Assembly: GCA_036172245.1 (NCBI GenBank)
Contig: JAYWIR010000017.1
Span: 3,410,001 to 3,474,000 of the forward strand
Source of the DNA: Raillietiella orientalis
Taxonomy: Eukaryota
DNA: 64,000 bases
Reading direction: 5' to 3'
The position numbers and the translations under genes were made by a program. The notes under the pieces were generated by a model that worked only from the letters and a program-made list of their open reading frames with translations, did not search any database and had not been told where the DNA came from. Shown in pieces: positions 13,101 to 28,065 of the stretch; position 1 is the stretch's first letter, and each line of letters starts with the position of its first letter.

Positions 13101-16100
13101 GGTTTCCGCGCCATCACGATGCTTTCGCGGGAGATGCCGAGGTTCTTCCAGTCGAGGTTTATTTGAACTTGAGTAACAAGGCCACTGTTTTTGCGAGAGA
13201 GCTCGTGAAATCGAGTCATTTGCATAGTCTCTTGTGCAAATAGACCGGTGGCTACGTAGTGGACAGTCGCAAAATCGGAGGAGGAATCGATGGAAAATTT
13301 TTCACCAGACCGGCAGCGAACTCAGGAAGAATGCAACTGTCGTCCTCCTCGTAGCCTAGCAGAAATTTTTGCCTCCACATCTATCGAGCAGCAGCTCTCA
13401 CGGAGCACGACGTGCAGCATCTCCTCAGAGAAGTCCTGTCTGCAGATCTTCCTCGCCTGCACAGGTGATCTGACCGTAAACAAAAGCTTTGATTGATGGA
13501 AACGACATTTGGGGTTTGTTTTTGCTGTCCGGGAAACGCGTCGTGATTGCTTTTCCTTTATTGCCATAACAAAGTCAGTGGTTCTCACCAGTGTGGATGC
13601 GCTCATTGAGGTGAGAAGGGAACTCAAAGGAGGATTTTCTTCATCGGAAAGAACATCATCATCATGCCGCCATTGTGGTTTTGGCTTTGGACTCCCATGA
13701 AACCCGTGATTTCCCTTGACCAGAAATTCTAAGAAGTGTCCGGTTGTGCGGAAGTGAGCCGAGCTGCTGGAAACCGCGGAAGCAGGAAAGTGCGTTTTCT
13801 TGTGGAAAGACGTTTCCCCAGTATCACTTAGCAGCATGGAGGAGCAATGGCGACCTTTGCTGAGAACCGGGTGCTCGGTGGACTTCGTTCCGCCCACTTA
13901 TCGAGAGCGGTCCAGAGCAGCATTCGCATCTGTCGAAAGTGATTCGGTGTCATTCACTCAGGACATCTTGCTGGGACTTCCTAACTTCGTTTCCTCCGGA
14001 TGTGTCGACACCCACAGTTGTGGAAACGTTTCCACAGCCTTCCACCACGGCCACAGTAAATCGTATGCAGCGCGGCGAGAGTGGCTCAGGAGTTCCAATA
14101 AAGCATTGGGTGCTTTTTATGCTTTTGCAAGGTGCAAAGGCATTCTGCATGTTTCGCTCTGAGCCTTCTTGGATATTCACTGCTCCTTCTCGGGAAAGGT
14201 CAGATTGCGAGTCCTTTAACTTATCATTTCTGATTTCCAGACCATTCATTTAACATGAATAAACAAAATTTATGGTGGTAGAGAAGGAGCGACACGTGCC
14301 GGCCCTGGAGCAAAGGGGCCACACTCGCTGTGGAAAGAACCAAGGAAGAGTGGAAGGAGAGCCAATAAACAGATAAATGGAGAGTGGTGCGGAACGACCT
14401 TACGGTACGGGACGAGATTCCCGATTCCCTGCGCCGGACAGGGAGCTGGGGTGCTTCCACTGGTCTCTGGTCAGTCTACTCAGGATGGCGGCCACACCTT
14501 TCCTCCGTTTTGACGACTGCTGTTCCTCTCACGTGGCAGAAAATGGCCGGCAAGGAGGCAGCGATGGAAACCAAACGGAGTCTCCAAGTCAGAAGACCTG
14601 CATCTTTGTTTTTCGGGTAGATGAAAACACGAGAATACCTCTTTCACTCCATTGGTTGATCAGTCTGCTTCTGAAAATGAAGAAAAAAAATCCCATCGGG
14701 CGGTCCAGGAATATTTGAAACGTACGGAAAATCAGAGGAGGCGAACTCTACGCGAATGTTAAACCTTCATAACATCCATAATCACTGCTTTGAAATGAGT
14801 GAATCTCTGCTAATACCCCACAAGGATGTCCTCTGATGTCTTTCCTATTTCAAGACTATAGAAAAAATTGCGTTTCTTCATTCCAGTTTCTTCAGGAGTA
14901 AAGCATGTGAAGAGATACGTTTTAAAGATAGCGAGAAATGGTCAGAGTCCACCTTTATGATTATATTTCTGAAGGATGATCTGGGATTAGTGGAATGAAG
15001 GGCAGATATGCTAAGATTAAGTCATCCAATTTAATAAAGAGCCTTCCTCACCAAATGTTTTGAATTTCAATAGCAGCTGAGAGGTTTTTTTCAATATACT
15101 GAATTACCAAAATAAAGCAAACCTTGATGACTCGTCCAGTGAACCTCCATGAAACCCACTTGACAAAAACGTATTCAGCAATTTGAGGTATTCCGAGCCT
15201 GAAGATGTGGAGTTATCACCTGGAAGGAATCTTTGTTCACCTCTCTGGAAGTTCATCTTTTAAGAATTTCCGAAAATTTGGTTCACTGAGACACCGCTGT
15301 TAATGTCCTGAAGATGGTGGATCTCCTCCATGCACCTTGGAATAGTCGATGGCATCGTTGGTCCATCAATAGAAAGAACTCAGATCTCTGCCAAAACGAG
15401 TGTAGTCACACGTGGCGATGGCTGAGAAGTTGATTCTGCTTCAGTGAGGAAAGTGCTCCGCTTGTTGCTATCTGACTGAAGCGTGCTGGATAGCTTGGAA
15501 TTCGAGATCTTCGTTGCTGTCCATTGTCCACTGTTTTGATCCATCTCTTCCACTGATTGCTCTGTGCATTTTTACAAAACGGAAAAACCGACGCTGTTCA
15601 GGAAATTCATGTTTCTCTTCTCTGAATGTGCCCGCAGAGTATTCTTTGCCGCCGTGACCCTCGACGGTCTCCTTTCGGGATAAGAAAGTGCTTGTGGCTG
15701 CTATTTCGGGTAAGGGTAAGTTGCATCGAGAGCACCAGCGATGTTTTCACAAGCCTCGAGAATGCCTTCATGAACGTGAATGCTTTTATTTTCAAGTTTA
15801 GAAATATTAGATGCGAGAAGAAAATGCCGTCTAGAGATGACCTTTTTGTTTGTGGGTTTGTCCTTTAAGAAAACGCTCTTCAAGTGAACCTTTCGATTCC
15901 ATTTGAAACCGATTGTTCTCTAACACGAAAAAAAAAAAAAAAAGAAAATCTTGCTTCCCTACTCAGATGACGGAAACGAACATCTTATGAGCTGTTGGAA
16001 AAGTGCTTCTAGATCATTTCCACTGAGATACGAGGAAGATTCCAAAGTTACCCTTGCTCTTTTTTGTTTTGCTACTTGAGTATCCGAATCCACTTTCGTC

Positions 16101-19100
16101 TCCTGGGAAGTTGACTTGATCTGCCGCCCCGTACCCATGGATTCGTTGCTTTTCATTAAGGAGCTTCATAATCACTTTCTAAGCTACCAAGACTTCACAG
16201 AGTGCCTAATGTACAGCGTATTTGAAACCAGCAGTCCAAGTCAACTGCCGACCCATATGATATCTTATTTTTTTTTTTTGGCAAGTCATTGAGCGTGCGT
16301 GAAAGTCATTAAGTGTTCGGCAGTGAGCAAATCTGCATTCCAGGACGTATGTATACAATGCTACTGTTTTCTGTACACCTGAGGATTTTCATGCGTTCTG
16401 CGCTTTTTGCTTAAACTAACTTTCACATGTTCTCGGGCACTCACGATGAAAAACGCACATCACTCGGAGTTCCCGATGTGCAGGAAATTTTTCAACTCCT
16501 TTCAGCTGCTTCACTTGTCTTCCGTGAGCATGGGCTATCGAAGAGTATCCTTCTCACCACCTCACACCATCCTTCTCACCACCTCTCCGTTTTGATTGTT
16601 TTTCCATTATTCCCATTCCTCTTTAGCAATGCTAATCCTAAGGTGCGCGATGCTGTAATTATGATATTGAAGCTACGCGTTTCTATGGATGTCTTAGCTC
16701 TTCCATATTTTCATTGGTTCCCTTGCAAATGGTGCGTGCGACCTTTCAACTTACCATCTACAGCACGAATGGGTTCTCCTTAATTCCGGAAAACTCGGAA
16801 GACGTACGTTGAACTGCTGTGCTTTCGGTTGGACTCTTCGTTTAGCCCAAAGACCGTTCACTTTGGGATCCAGTTGAAATTCCTCCAGAGTAGTCCAGGC
16901 ACCTGATGGAGTCGTTGTCTTTGGACCTGGAATCACCGAACTGAAAAGTGCTTGTGACGGAAGCAAGTGTGTGCGCTTTCTCTTTACTTTGTCTTTGTCT
17001 CGTGCCTCAGCATCCACATGGAAAAATGCAACCTGACACATTCCGAATCTGATTATAAATACCACTTCGTGTGTTGTCTTCTTTAATTTGCTATTCGCCT
17101 GAAAGCAAATCTTCTTTTCCTCGCTTGCAGTTTCCGTCCATCTATTCATTTGATCTGCTCGCTTTCGTGGACACTTTTTGGGAGCAGCTGATTTATACAA
17201 ACTCTTTTTGTTGTGATTTTGGATCCTTCACGATTTTGGCTCGCAAGCACCATAAGTAAAAATGATATAGAAACCTTGTAGAACTCGAGCATGCATAATG
17301 CGTGCAACCAGGATGATTAAATATCCCTTGAGCTTCATGCTAATATGATCGAGGAATTGCGATAAACATCATATAATTACACATGATTCCTAATCAGATA
17401 TATGGTTATTATATCCCGCTAACTTCCCATGTTGCAAATCCCTTGGTTTATGCAAGCTAAGCAAGGATCATTCCTCTCTGCAGTGAATTCATGGATATCG
17501 CTCGATGCCCGTTCTCTGCAAAATCGCATGAAGTTGACTCTTCCAAAAGTGCGGCATAAAACACGAGGTAAACTTCCCAGCTGCTCGCCTCATCCTCCAC
17601 TCAGACGAGATCAGTCTCTGATTGCATTCTCCATAATGACTACACCACCCACAAGAGGAAAAGGCACTCACCAAACTGTTGTTGATGCTTCCCTTTCGAA
17701 TTCTCGATCCTTTCCCGATCTCAGGAAATTTCCACTCACAAAGTCGTCGTTGCTGTACGATGAGTATAAATGACAAAAAACACGTATATGAGGGAATCCA
17801 GATCCATTCTCTTCCTGGATCCTGCTGGCGATTTACTTCAAGTTTGCAACTTATGGCACTTTATAGACAACACCAACTGCTTCCATACCACTTTTCCGTC
17901 AAGTGACTTCACGTGACAGACAGAAAATTGAAAGGACGTGTCGTTAGATGAAATTCAACGAGGCCGGATGAAACGATGATATTTTATGCAACAGCTCCAA
18001 GGATAAACATGTTGTTACTGATACTTCGCTTCGTGATTTTTTTTTTTTTCCTCCTTATACCAGGAGTGACCAAACATTCTTCTTAAGAAAACCACTTGAA
18101 AGTGAAGAAATAAGCAGCTCTACTCCGCATTCGCCCATCATGGAAGGGACTGAGACAAGCGAATTCACTCTCAGAAATCATTTTTACAAGTATGGAAGGT
18201 GGAAGATCAGAGCAAGACTCCTTCTCAAAAACGACCTGGTCTACACGTTACTTCCAGCCTGCTGTGGTAGCTGGCTTATGAACGGCTACTCAAATGACTG
18301 CCCAAAGTCCAGATGAAACCTTCGGGTACACCAGTTAACCATGCATACCAAGTCTCCGCTATGACCAGTCTTCTGTAATAAGTGCCCAACTCACCAACCA
18401 AGAGCCGAATTTGGATTCACCTCATCTAATTCAGCATTCATGGATTCATTGCATTAAGAGGATACCTTAATAAATAATACCTTTTTCAAGTCGATCTCTG
18501 TCAACACAACCTCTATACAAACGAAGCGAATTCCTTTTCAAGTGAAACGGACTCAAAGGAATTTGTATCACCTCACTTCGTCTTTTAGTCTTCAACAGGG
18601 TCTTCGCAATATACAGTTAATTGATATGTTTCCATAATTGATATTCACTGGAAGAATACTGACGTATGTGAACAGTGAACAGCTGTAACATTTTCTGAAA
18701 TCAGCTTGACCACTTTTGAGATGAACTTCGCGTCTGTCTCGAAATGCAGCAGCTTCCTCTTGGAAGGAGAGTGGAGAAAAATCACCTTTCCAAAATGTAA
18801 ACTACTTGAGGAATTGGCTTCTAAAGAACAGCATCTGTACTCAGAATGCCATTCTCCTCCTGGATAAAGTTTTCTGTATTGCTTTCTGGTTTTCTGCGAT
18901 CCTTTTTTTTTCACGGCAATTCGCTGAAGGAAAATCCATCGAGGAATCGACCTTGGTAAGTGTTGCGTCCTATAAGATCTCTTTCGGAAAAATACCGTGG
19001 GGACTCCACAAGCCTTTTCTCCTATAGTCGTTCATTCTCTATAGTGAACTGCTACTGTGACCCCAATAAAAACAAGACCATATGTCGATATAATAATGTT

Positions 19101-22100
19101 AATGCAGCCATGGCACCAATTGTCCTGCGGATGCAGCGGTGACATGCCACGATATAGTACTGATGTTCCCCATGAAATAGTTATTTACTCGAAAACGCTA
19201 TCCTGTGTGGATATTCCATCATGTGGAAAAGCTCACAGTCTAAATTTATGTATATCCGCGCTGTCTAAATTCCAGCTCTGATGCATCGTTCTGAGTCTCC
19301 TATTTCACGAACTTCTTCGCAGTTTCACATTTCACAATCATCTCAGACACAGACCGGAACACAGGAAGCAGCCATTGTATCCAATCGTTTCCTAGCATCT
19401 CATTATCAGTAGGTTAATCTCTTCCAGCCCTCGAGCGCGTATTTTTGGAGATCACAGAATCCATGGGATCCCTAATATTCCATTTGTCTATAAACTGTCG
19501 ATGAGTTTGCACAGAAAGTATTCCATCTCTGCAGATATCGTCTTTTTAAATCACATATCTGAAGAGTAGGTCGCTCCTTCAAAGTTTTACTCGCGAAGGC
19601 GACCTTTCTCCCATTTTATCAAGCATCTCGCTCAGCAGCTGCATAGTGCTATCCCCTTTGGGGCAGCAGCCTGAAACTCGAAAGTGTCTTCTGTGCTTAT
19701 TTCTGCATGGAGCATGAGTGTCTGCCTTGGACACCTCCCATGGGCGCACGTTGAACCAGCAGCGTGCTCTTGCTGATTGCCAGCCACTGGCATTGAGCTC
19801 ATAACGAACTCTTGAAGCCTTCCTGCTCACGTCGTCTTCGCAGGGTGTCACCAGGGGAACGGGAATATCTGTAACTGGAAAAGCACCATGAGTCTGAACA
19901 CGTTTTCAAGTGCTTCCTGCATTGGGCGATCCGCTCTTTCAGTGGCTTCTGATGAAAGGCACAACTCCAGGGAAAGATATTTGTGGGTATCCTTGTCTTC
20001 ATCGGGAAGTTCGTTCCTTTCTTTTTTTTTTGTAGAATGGCTTTGGAGATGTCAAGCAGAATAGCTGATAAAAGCTCGCTTCGTTGACCAAGGAGGAGGA
20101 GGACAGAGTAGGACGACGTGGGAGCTCAAGGCGAGTCGATAAAAGCACACAAAATGCATTGCGAACATGATTTTGACCAAGGATTCCATCAGTTGTTCAG
20201 GATGAATGCTTTATTTTGATTCACTTGAGATTGCATCACCCGCGACTCACCCGCTATTCTGCTGCAGGAAGACAACTGCAGGCCGAGAGTCAGAAGAACG
20301 TACTAGAAGTCACTCTTTTTAAAGGTTGATGATTATGGCATTCCCACTTTCGGTTGGTTATAGTTTTCCCGCGCGGGACACACTCATTAGCAGCAGTCCT
20401 TTTTCTTGGATAAAGATGTAGATCTGAAATTCTGAAAGATGCATTTGTTTTGCTTTGCTTTTTTCATGTGTTTTTAAGTTTATCTTTTTTTAAAAAAGGA
20501 AGATACAAGTAATGGAAGCCATACTGAAAAATGGAGAAACTCACTTCGCTTCTTTGAAAGTCCACTGCAGACGTATGGGGCAGAAAGTATAAAAAAAAGT
20601 CTACGTCCCGGTGTGCGTCCACATATTGATTTTCTCTGGAAAAAGTGTTTGAAATGCGAGAAACACACCTATTTCCCGAAATAGCCGCCGCGTGCTAGTG
20701 GAGAACAACTCGGTGGAAGAATTTTCTTCACACGCTAATAGAGCGGCCGTTCACGATAGAACAGGCGCCACAACTGCCAGCCCAATTTGTTGCCATACCA
20801 CCTGGTTCTACAGATGGAAACGTCGGTCGCTTCTGCTGGACCCGAAAGCTCCTGGCTAGCTCGTGAAAGGGTGAACGACACTTGGGCGAGCCCACTCACG
20901 ACGGAATACGGTAGCTTCCAGGAGAGGCTTTCGGAGAGGCAGATCGGATGCGGGTTTTGAATGTTTCTGCAAACATCACAACAAGAACAATCCACGCATC
21001 ATCAGAGGCCCTCGCTTCATGTGGATGCTCTATTGCTGACGACGCAGCCTCCACAATTTCAGATGCCGCGATGCCAGTTTCTCGGAAGCCCCGTAAGCAT
21101 CGGTTCCGTTGGGAGCCAAAGACACGCGATCCCGCAAAGATTTTAGAATTGAATTTCGTGGTAATCGTGGCGACCAAGGGAGTCGAGGGGAGGGGGGGGA
21201 ATAGCTTCCGAGCAGTGTTTTTTTTAGGGGGGAATCAAATGGAGTAATGGCACACACGAAGCTTATTTGTTTTTTTGCGCTTGTGAAAACGTCATTTGTT
21301 TACGCGTGCATCGAATTATCGGTGTGGAGATCGAAAGTCGGATGTAAATATCGAAAGTAGGGATGAGAGACAAAAGGGTAATTAAAGAGGGCGGAAGAGC
21401 AAGACGAAAATGCCCGCCCACCCTCCATTGTCCTGCTTTGTTACTAGCAGTCCAAAACCACATCGAAAAGGATTGTTTTATCCTTGTTTCAAAAATCAAG
21501 GGAAGCAAGGGAAAATTCCTTGTGGATGAGGAAGAAGAGTACATGGCTCGAATTTCAGGAACGGTCTCTACTTTGATGTCATCCGTCGGAAGCAACAACA
21601 CACGAGGAGACTTTCCATCCTGGACCATCATTGCTGCTCTCATTATGAAATTAACGTTGTGTAATCAAACCAGATCTAAATAGATGAGCAAGGAAACCTT
21701 TATAAATCAAACCTAAATCCCTCGATGAATGCACGCAGAACACTACACACTTCTGTGTATCCTTTGCATTGTATGGAGAAGAAGCGTCATTCAGAACCTG
21801 GTTGTACGAAATTTTCCCAGGCGTTTCCCGAGTAAAGTAGCCAACAAGCATTTCTGTTTGACTACTTGCTCCGAAGGGTCATGATAGAGCAGGTGCTCAG
21901 TTCTTCGGCAAAACATCATTATGGTGGGCCTAGCGAAACTTGAACTGTGTCATCCAGAAGAGTCACACCAATTAGATGAAGAACGCGCATGTAGCCTTAT
22001 ACAAAGAAATATGTATTGTGAACCTGCATCACCTTATATCTCTCACTCTGCAATCGGAAGCCTTCAATGACGATCCTTTTGTATTGAAGCCTTGGAGTTA

Positions 22101-23234
22101 TTCTGGTCAGAATAAGAACCTCTCAGACGTATTGAACGAAGAGACGACGGCAATGTTGCTTGAGGTTGCCATGCTGAATGGAGTGAATATGAGAGTTCTT
22201 GAATGACCTGATCCGAATCTTGGCGACCGTAATCTTCCTAAGACTCTTGGTGAAGTTTGCTGACTGAAAAGGAGCAGATTCGCACAAACAGAACCAGTTC
22301 TAATCGGGTGCGGAAATGAGCACATAACAAGTGATGCTTCCAGACTCAGGAGATGGATTTTGATGATGAAACTGGAGTTTGTCGAGTTGACCCTCGTGAT
22401 TCGATTTTTGTTAGCCAGGTGCTTCTCGAGGGAATCCCCTTCTTTTCCCGAAAGGTCTTCTGCATGCGCGAGAGAAGGTTGAGAGTAAAGAAAGGCACTG
22501 ATGGTCCCGAAGGCATTTTTCGATGAAATTTCGCTTAAAAAGCACACTGTCTATGATAATAGTAAAGTGCACTTTGGAACAACATGAGCAAGAACATTTA
22601 AGCAACAAGAGCACCTCAATGGTAACTTTCAACTCCTGATTCCTCGACAAAGAGAGGAGGATATTTCTTCAGACTTCAAATTATGGAAGATTTCGAGAAA
22701 AAACCATTCTGATGGCTCCGACTTTTATACGAAGATCCGTTGAGCTCCAAGACATTGCTAAAAGGGGATTAATTTTCATTTGGTGAGGAGGGATACACCC
22801 AGATTTCCAAAGGAAGCATCGCGCATCTTATTGCTTAAGAACTTATTACTGATAACAGGATGTACTTACTGCTGGAATACATCTTTCCATTACATCACAA
22901 GCAGCGCTGACCTTACGCGAAAACTTCCACTTGCGTTTCGGTCGAAGCGTCTCTCAAACTGCTGAGGGTTTATGTCAGTGTTTGCTTCATCAAGAACGCA
23001 TCTATGGAATTTACATGACTGATGACCAGAGTGTTATTTTCGATGTTCGACGGTCTAAGTGTCAACAGTGGGCTGCACGCTACCTGAAGGTTTGGTACGG
23101 AGGCAGTTCCTTAGTCCTTGGTGAAACAGAATTACCAGTCCTTTAGTTTTCTGCTGCGCAGCATGCAGCGTTTCAAAATGAATGCATGCGTTCCAAAATT
23201 CCAAAGATGTTTTCAACTTTACTGTGATGCTGTG

Positions 23235-25265
23235 AAGCACAGCATACTTTGTTTGCGCAATAGGAGCTCAGACCAATTTTGAGTTCCTTTCAGCTTTGCC
23301 AATCTTGGATTTAGAGAACACAGAAGCTACCTCTCTAATTTAGCGACAGAGCATGAAAATTCGGGATTTTCATTTACGATGCATCATTATTTCCTTTATT
23401 TTAGTATACCTCCAATAAATGGTACTCTACAACTAAGAAATGGAATCAAGAAATATTCAATAGAAAATAGCATTAACAAGAATTGCTCTGTTCTGCAAAC
23501 ATAGAAATTAAATCGAGAGACCAAGTGTCACTTTTTATCTAATCCAAAGAAGTTTTCCTCTCCAGAATAGTTTATCTGCAGTTATTAGATGGAGCAAAGG
23601 TCCTTTGGTTGCCACATGAAAGCAATTAAAGGTAATGTGAGGATGTTCTTATTATAAGGAGTTTTTAAAGACCTTTCAGAAACTGTCATCTGAATGACGA
23701 TTTTTAAGATTCTGAAACGATGCTATGCACGGTTCGGCAAATAAGATGTGCAGGGATGCAAAACTCATTTTCTCACGAAGCAGGAAGAAATGCTTAGAAA
23801 GCCGTCGGAGAATGTGTACTACGAACAAGGGGATGCGGAAAAATGCTATGAGTTGTGCTGCAAGATATTTTTTTGTGAAAAAGCAGCTGTTCCCATTATA
23901 GAATCCCCACTTCTAAGGTGGTACTTTATCTTTTCAAATGCTAATTCCTGATATCAACTTACGAATGAAACAGTGACATCACTGTCGTTCTAGTTGTCAT
24001 TATTTGAAAAGCTTGGACAAATTAAAAGGGTGATTGAAAGATGGATCATATAACATGTCCTCTTGTGATGCACTTCTCGTCAAACAGATGAGTTATGTGG
24101 TCCAGAGCACAAAGAAAACAAAAATCCTTATCGATGGTTAGCTTCGTCCTGAAAACTGAATGCCAAATCATCTTTACCATTCTGCCGCTTAGCCAGCATG
24201 TTCTTTGGAACTTCTCACTGAATTCTACCATATGGATGGACTGGTGCGAAGCATGGAGAAGCATCAGCATTCTGCTCTGAATGGAAATATTTTGCGCAAG
24301 CCAATAAAGGCATTTTCAGGACCTTTCTTCAAATATTTTCCTGTTCCTCACGATGTGGTTACACGCATGACTCAAGATTTCATCCAAGGAAAGTAAAATG
24401 GCGATTGAAAGTTCACAGTTCATGTGACTAAGCCACTTGATAATCCAAGTCATTTCTTCAGCAGGAGAAAAAAGTCCACGGCACATGCTGAAAAGGCATT
24501 GCAAGGTAAGAAACATAGTACTTCCTTCTCAATTAGAATTTGAAGATGAACTGAACGATCTCGTGGCAAGGATGAGGGATTTCAATGCAGCTAACGTAGA
24601 TGATGAAAAGTATTTCTCAGCCGTATTCATGTAACTCTAAGTAATTTCAGGTACGAGTATGCAGAAATTCCCCACTTATTCAAAGAGGGCATGTATCTTC
24701 AGCCCCGAAACGCTTACTCTGACAACTCGGAGGCATTCGTGTCTGATGCATTCCCCGTACCTTATGCTTCTCTTCGCCGAAGGAATCATCAACAGCAGTA
24801 CGAGCTCAATTCCTTGAGCTCTTACTGATGTCGGTGTTACGTACGTTCCAAAGAAAGCTTTCTTTTCGAACAAGCAATGATGAGATTTGCGATGCACAAG
24901 AGTTGCCAGGAGAGAAAGCATTTTCATGAGATTCGAAGGTAACATCCCAGTAGTCGGATGTGTGAGGGAAGGTGTTCAGTGGTCGAGATAAAAGTCAGAA
25001 GGATTCCTGGAATCATACATTGCTCCAGAAAGATATCAAGATGATATGCAAACAGACTAGCTTACTGTCGGACCACTTCTGTCGAGTTCGTGATGTTGCA
25101 CGTCTGAAGACCACCATTGGAACACCTTTCCTCCCTCTGTCGACTTCATGGTGTTGCACTGTCGGACCAGAACTTTGAAAAAAGTTGGCGACAGTTTTTG
25201 TAGAAGTGAACAAACTAAGCACGACGTACTGTTTGTGCAATAGGAACTCAGCATAATTTCGAGTT
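23235..25265. repeat. Pair of diverged ~50-bp direct repeats (23235-23285 and 25217-25265)
   Basis: AAGCACAGCATACTTTGTTTGCGCAATAGGAGCTCAGACCAATTTTGAGTT vs AAGCACGACGTACTGTTTGTGCAATAGGAACTCAGCATAATTTCGAGTT. Both read VCAIGxQxNFEF on the + strand. Confidence 0.75.
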
Positions 25266-27629
25266 TAGGAGAGAGCACATCCTGTGAGCGTGTAAGAAAA
25301 GATGGAAAAAAAGCTAATCATGGATCTGTTTTCGAAAAGTTTAGAGCTCTTTCAACTGCATCCAACATCAACACTGTTCGGCAATAGACGCAGCTTTGCG
25401 CGCTGTGGAAATAGAGGGAAGCTGCTGCTGGTATCAACTTTGAAAGCAGTTGAGCGTATTAGAAACCAATGTCTTTTTTTTTTTTGACAGTTTCTGACCC
25501 AGAATTATGGTTCACCATGAACCACCAGGGCTATTCTTACAACCATTCTAGACATATGCCCGGCTCCTTGATTGCTTCTTTGGATTTCTTCTAGCCTGAA
25601 AAGGCTTGGAAAGTGCAAACCACTTCTTTATTAATATAGCTGATGAATTAGTGAGCACTGTGGTTGGAATGTGAGAATCATGTAACCACCAAGAGGTTTT
25701 TCATTTGTGCATCTCTCAAGATAAGACTGATATTCGTGCTCAACATGAGATGCAAGCTCAAGAAAATGGAATGCAATGCGGTTTCTGACAAAAAGTGATT
25801 TTGCTCCTTTCAGCTGCGCAGGAGCATCCGGCATCTTGGGAAACTGTTCCTGCCCGAGCTCCAACATTCCCGCCAAGTAGCACCGTCTTATGTGATCGGC
25901 TTCAGTTGTGTCTGCGACTTTCGGATGCTGGAAATCATTCATGAACTTTGATGATGTCCGAGCCGTGACGCATGCGACTGCCATACCCATGCTGGCCTTC
26001 CGATTTTCGTAGCAATTGGAATCTTGACTTTTTCCACGTTCGAAGATCCCTCTAGAATTGCAGCATGAATTATTTATGCACACTTTCCATGGGTGTGCTG
26101 GTCAGCACAGTTTGCTCTGAGTATGGAAAAGATCGCTTGCATTTTGATTGCAGCGCGCAAGGAGCTCGCAGGCTGGGCAAACGTTAATTTTTCAGGATGG
26201 ATTTCGAGAAACTTGCAGTGCCCATAGTGAAAGGCGAATCCTTGGTCACAAGAAATGCGCTACCTTGGATCCACAGATGTCCATGTTTCTGTCGTAAAAT
26301 ACCACGTCAAGTCCCCATCCGACGAGCTGCTGACGAATTGCTTCCATTGCACATTCCATTCTGTTTGCCAACTCTGAGGGCGAGGAATACTTTCTGCATT
26401 TTCTTGATCGAGTCTTCCTCTATGCCAGAAGTCGAAAGTTTCAAGAAATAATAAAAATAAAAATGGCCTCTGTCCTTTGCGGGGTCCACGAAACGAACTC
26501 CTCACTTTTAGAAAATTCGCCCGAATTTCCAGAAAGCTTTCTGGTATTGCTTGAGAGGAGTTGAGAAAACCAAACACCACACACGCCGAAAGTGCGTGGA
26601 TTATAAAATTCCCTCAGTTTGAAGCACATGCGATTTTGCGCTGGCTGGATACGTTAGTCCGTGGGATTAGGTGATCCACACATTCGTGTGGAGAAAAAAT
26701 GGCTCTCCTGCCACTTACAGTTTCATTTCGTGTTTTCAGTCATTGCTTTAAAGCTCGTCGAGACCAAGTGGATCCTTACCCGCCAACTCGTTACTTAGTA
26801 ACCAATCTCTGGGAAGCAAGCTTTCTTCCTGGGACGAGAATCACGGGATTAGGTGAACGGGATCAGTTGGCTAAATAGAGAAAAGTGGAAGCATGCATTA
26901 GTAAGCAAACGTGCAACTATTCTCGTATTTCGAAGTTTATGCCTTGCTTCTGGAAATTGTTTTCTGGACACGGAAAAATGGAGAATTGATTATGATACAA
27001 TGAGGAATTAAAAAAAAAAATTCCTGATACTTTGCAATTCCGTATGCCTAAGAAAACAAGTCTCAATAGAAAACCGGCATCTCTTTGAACTGTGCTCCAC
27101 GAGAAGCCGAGAAATGATGCATTTCTTGATTCAGTAAATGATTTGGGTCGCAGCCACTTATTTATGGCAGGATTTTCCCAAAAGTTTTTTTTTTTTTTCT
27201 CTTTCTGGAGAAGCTGTTTTTGTTTTTCATGTGTGTTTTCATGCTGATTTCGATACATATCGAAGGACACAAATCAGCACTCTCGTCTCCATCCAGATTG
27301 CCCTCCAGATGCATCTAGTGGAGGAAGAAGTGGATTTCTCTCCACTCCACAGTCTGGTTAGAAAAATTGAAATCCCTCTTGAGCACATGAAAATCCCAAG
27401 CCGTGTGGATCTGTATGAGCACGGAAGGCGGAAGCAAACTGTGGCATCGGAGACGCATGGTTACAATCTGTCTTCGTTTTGGCTTTTATTAGAGCGGTGG
27501 ATGAATCTCGAGGATTTGCACGATCTGAATTTCAAAAGGTTCACACATGCTGTGGGTTCGTACAATCGTGGGAAGCTGATATTTTCCACGCAGACAACAG
27601 AATCAGTGGATGCAAGCGACGACTTTCAC

Positions 27630-28065
27630 CAGAATGAAGCATTCTCTCATTACTTTGCCACACTTTTCTCTTCGACATGGGATTTGTTTTCTACATATTT
27701 CCGCATGCATGGGTAAGCACACGTCTCCATTCCATAAAAGGAAAAGTAAAGTGTATTTGTCCTTGCTTTTTGTACAGTCATCGTCAATACAAAAAAGACA
27801 CGGAGCAAGAATCACATGTGGTGTGATTTCACTGCTTCTTCTTTCTTGTTCCCAGAGGAGGAAAAACTCTTTCGAGAAGGGGTGGGGGATGGGTCCTCTC
27901 AATGCTGTCTCAACAGCTGCTAACGGCACAGCACAAACGAAACAGAAAGTCCCTGGAAAGTTCCAGACGTGCCAAACTGTTGCTGCATACATTATGGCAA
28001 CGGAACGGTGTTCTTTGGAACACCCCCAGAGCTACCAATTCTTGAGTCCCCTGTCATGAGTTTTT
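27630..28065 (+). mobile_element. Degraded LINE ORF2 fragment (pre-RT region and start of RT; CR1/L2/Jockey-like)
   Basis: NEAFSHYFATLFS (cf. AxxFNxYFxSVF) at 27633. In another frame, KVPGKFQTCQTVAAY...ERCSLEHPQSYQFLSPLS*VF (cf. GxFPxxWKxAxVxPxxK...xxNYRPISxLSxxSKxF). Confidence 0.5.

Noticed and set aside
17600..17680. PSI-domain-like CGWCSHYGEC on the minus strand
   Set aside because: Single short motif; the other conserved cysteines are lacking.
21680..21770. HECT-like RAFIEGF
   Set aside because: Seven-residue match flanked by stops; no other HECT motifs.
21890..21920. U6-like CTTCGGCA-AACAT
   Set aside because: Too short; no ACAGAGA box follows.
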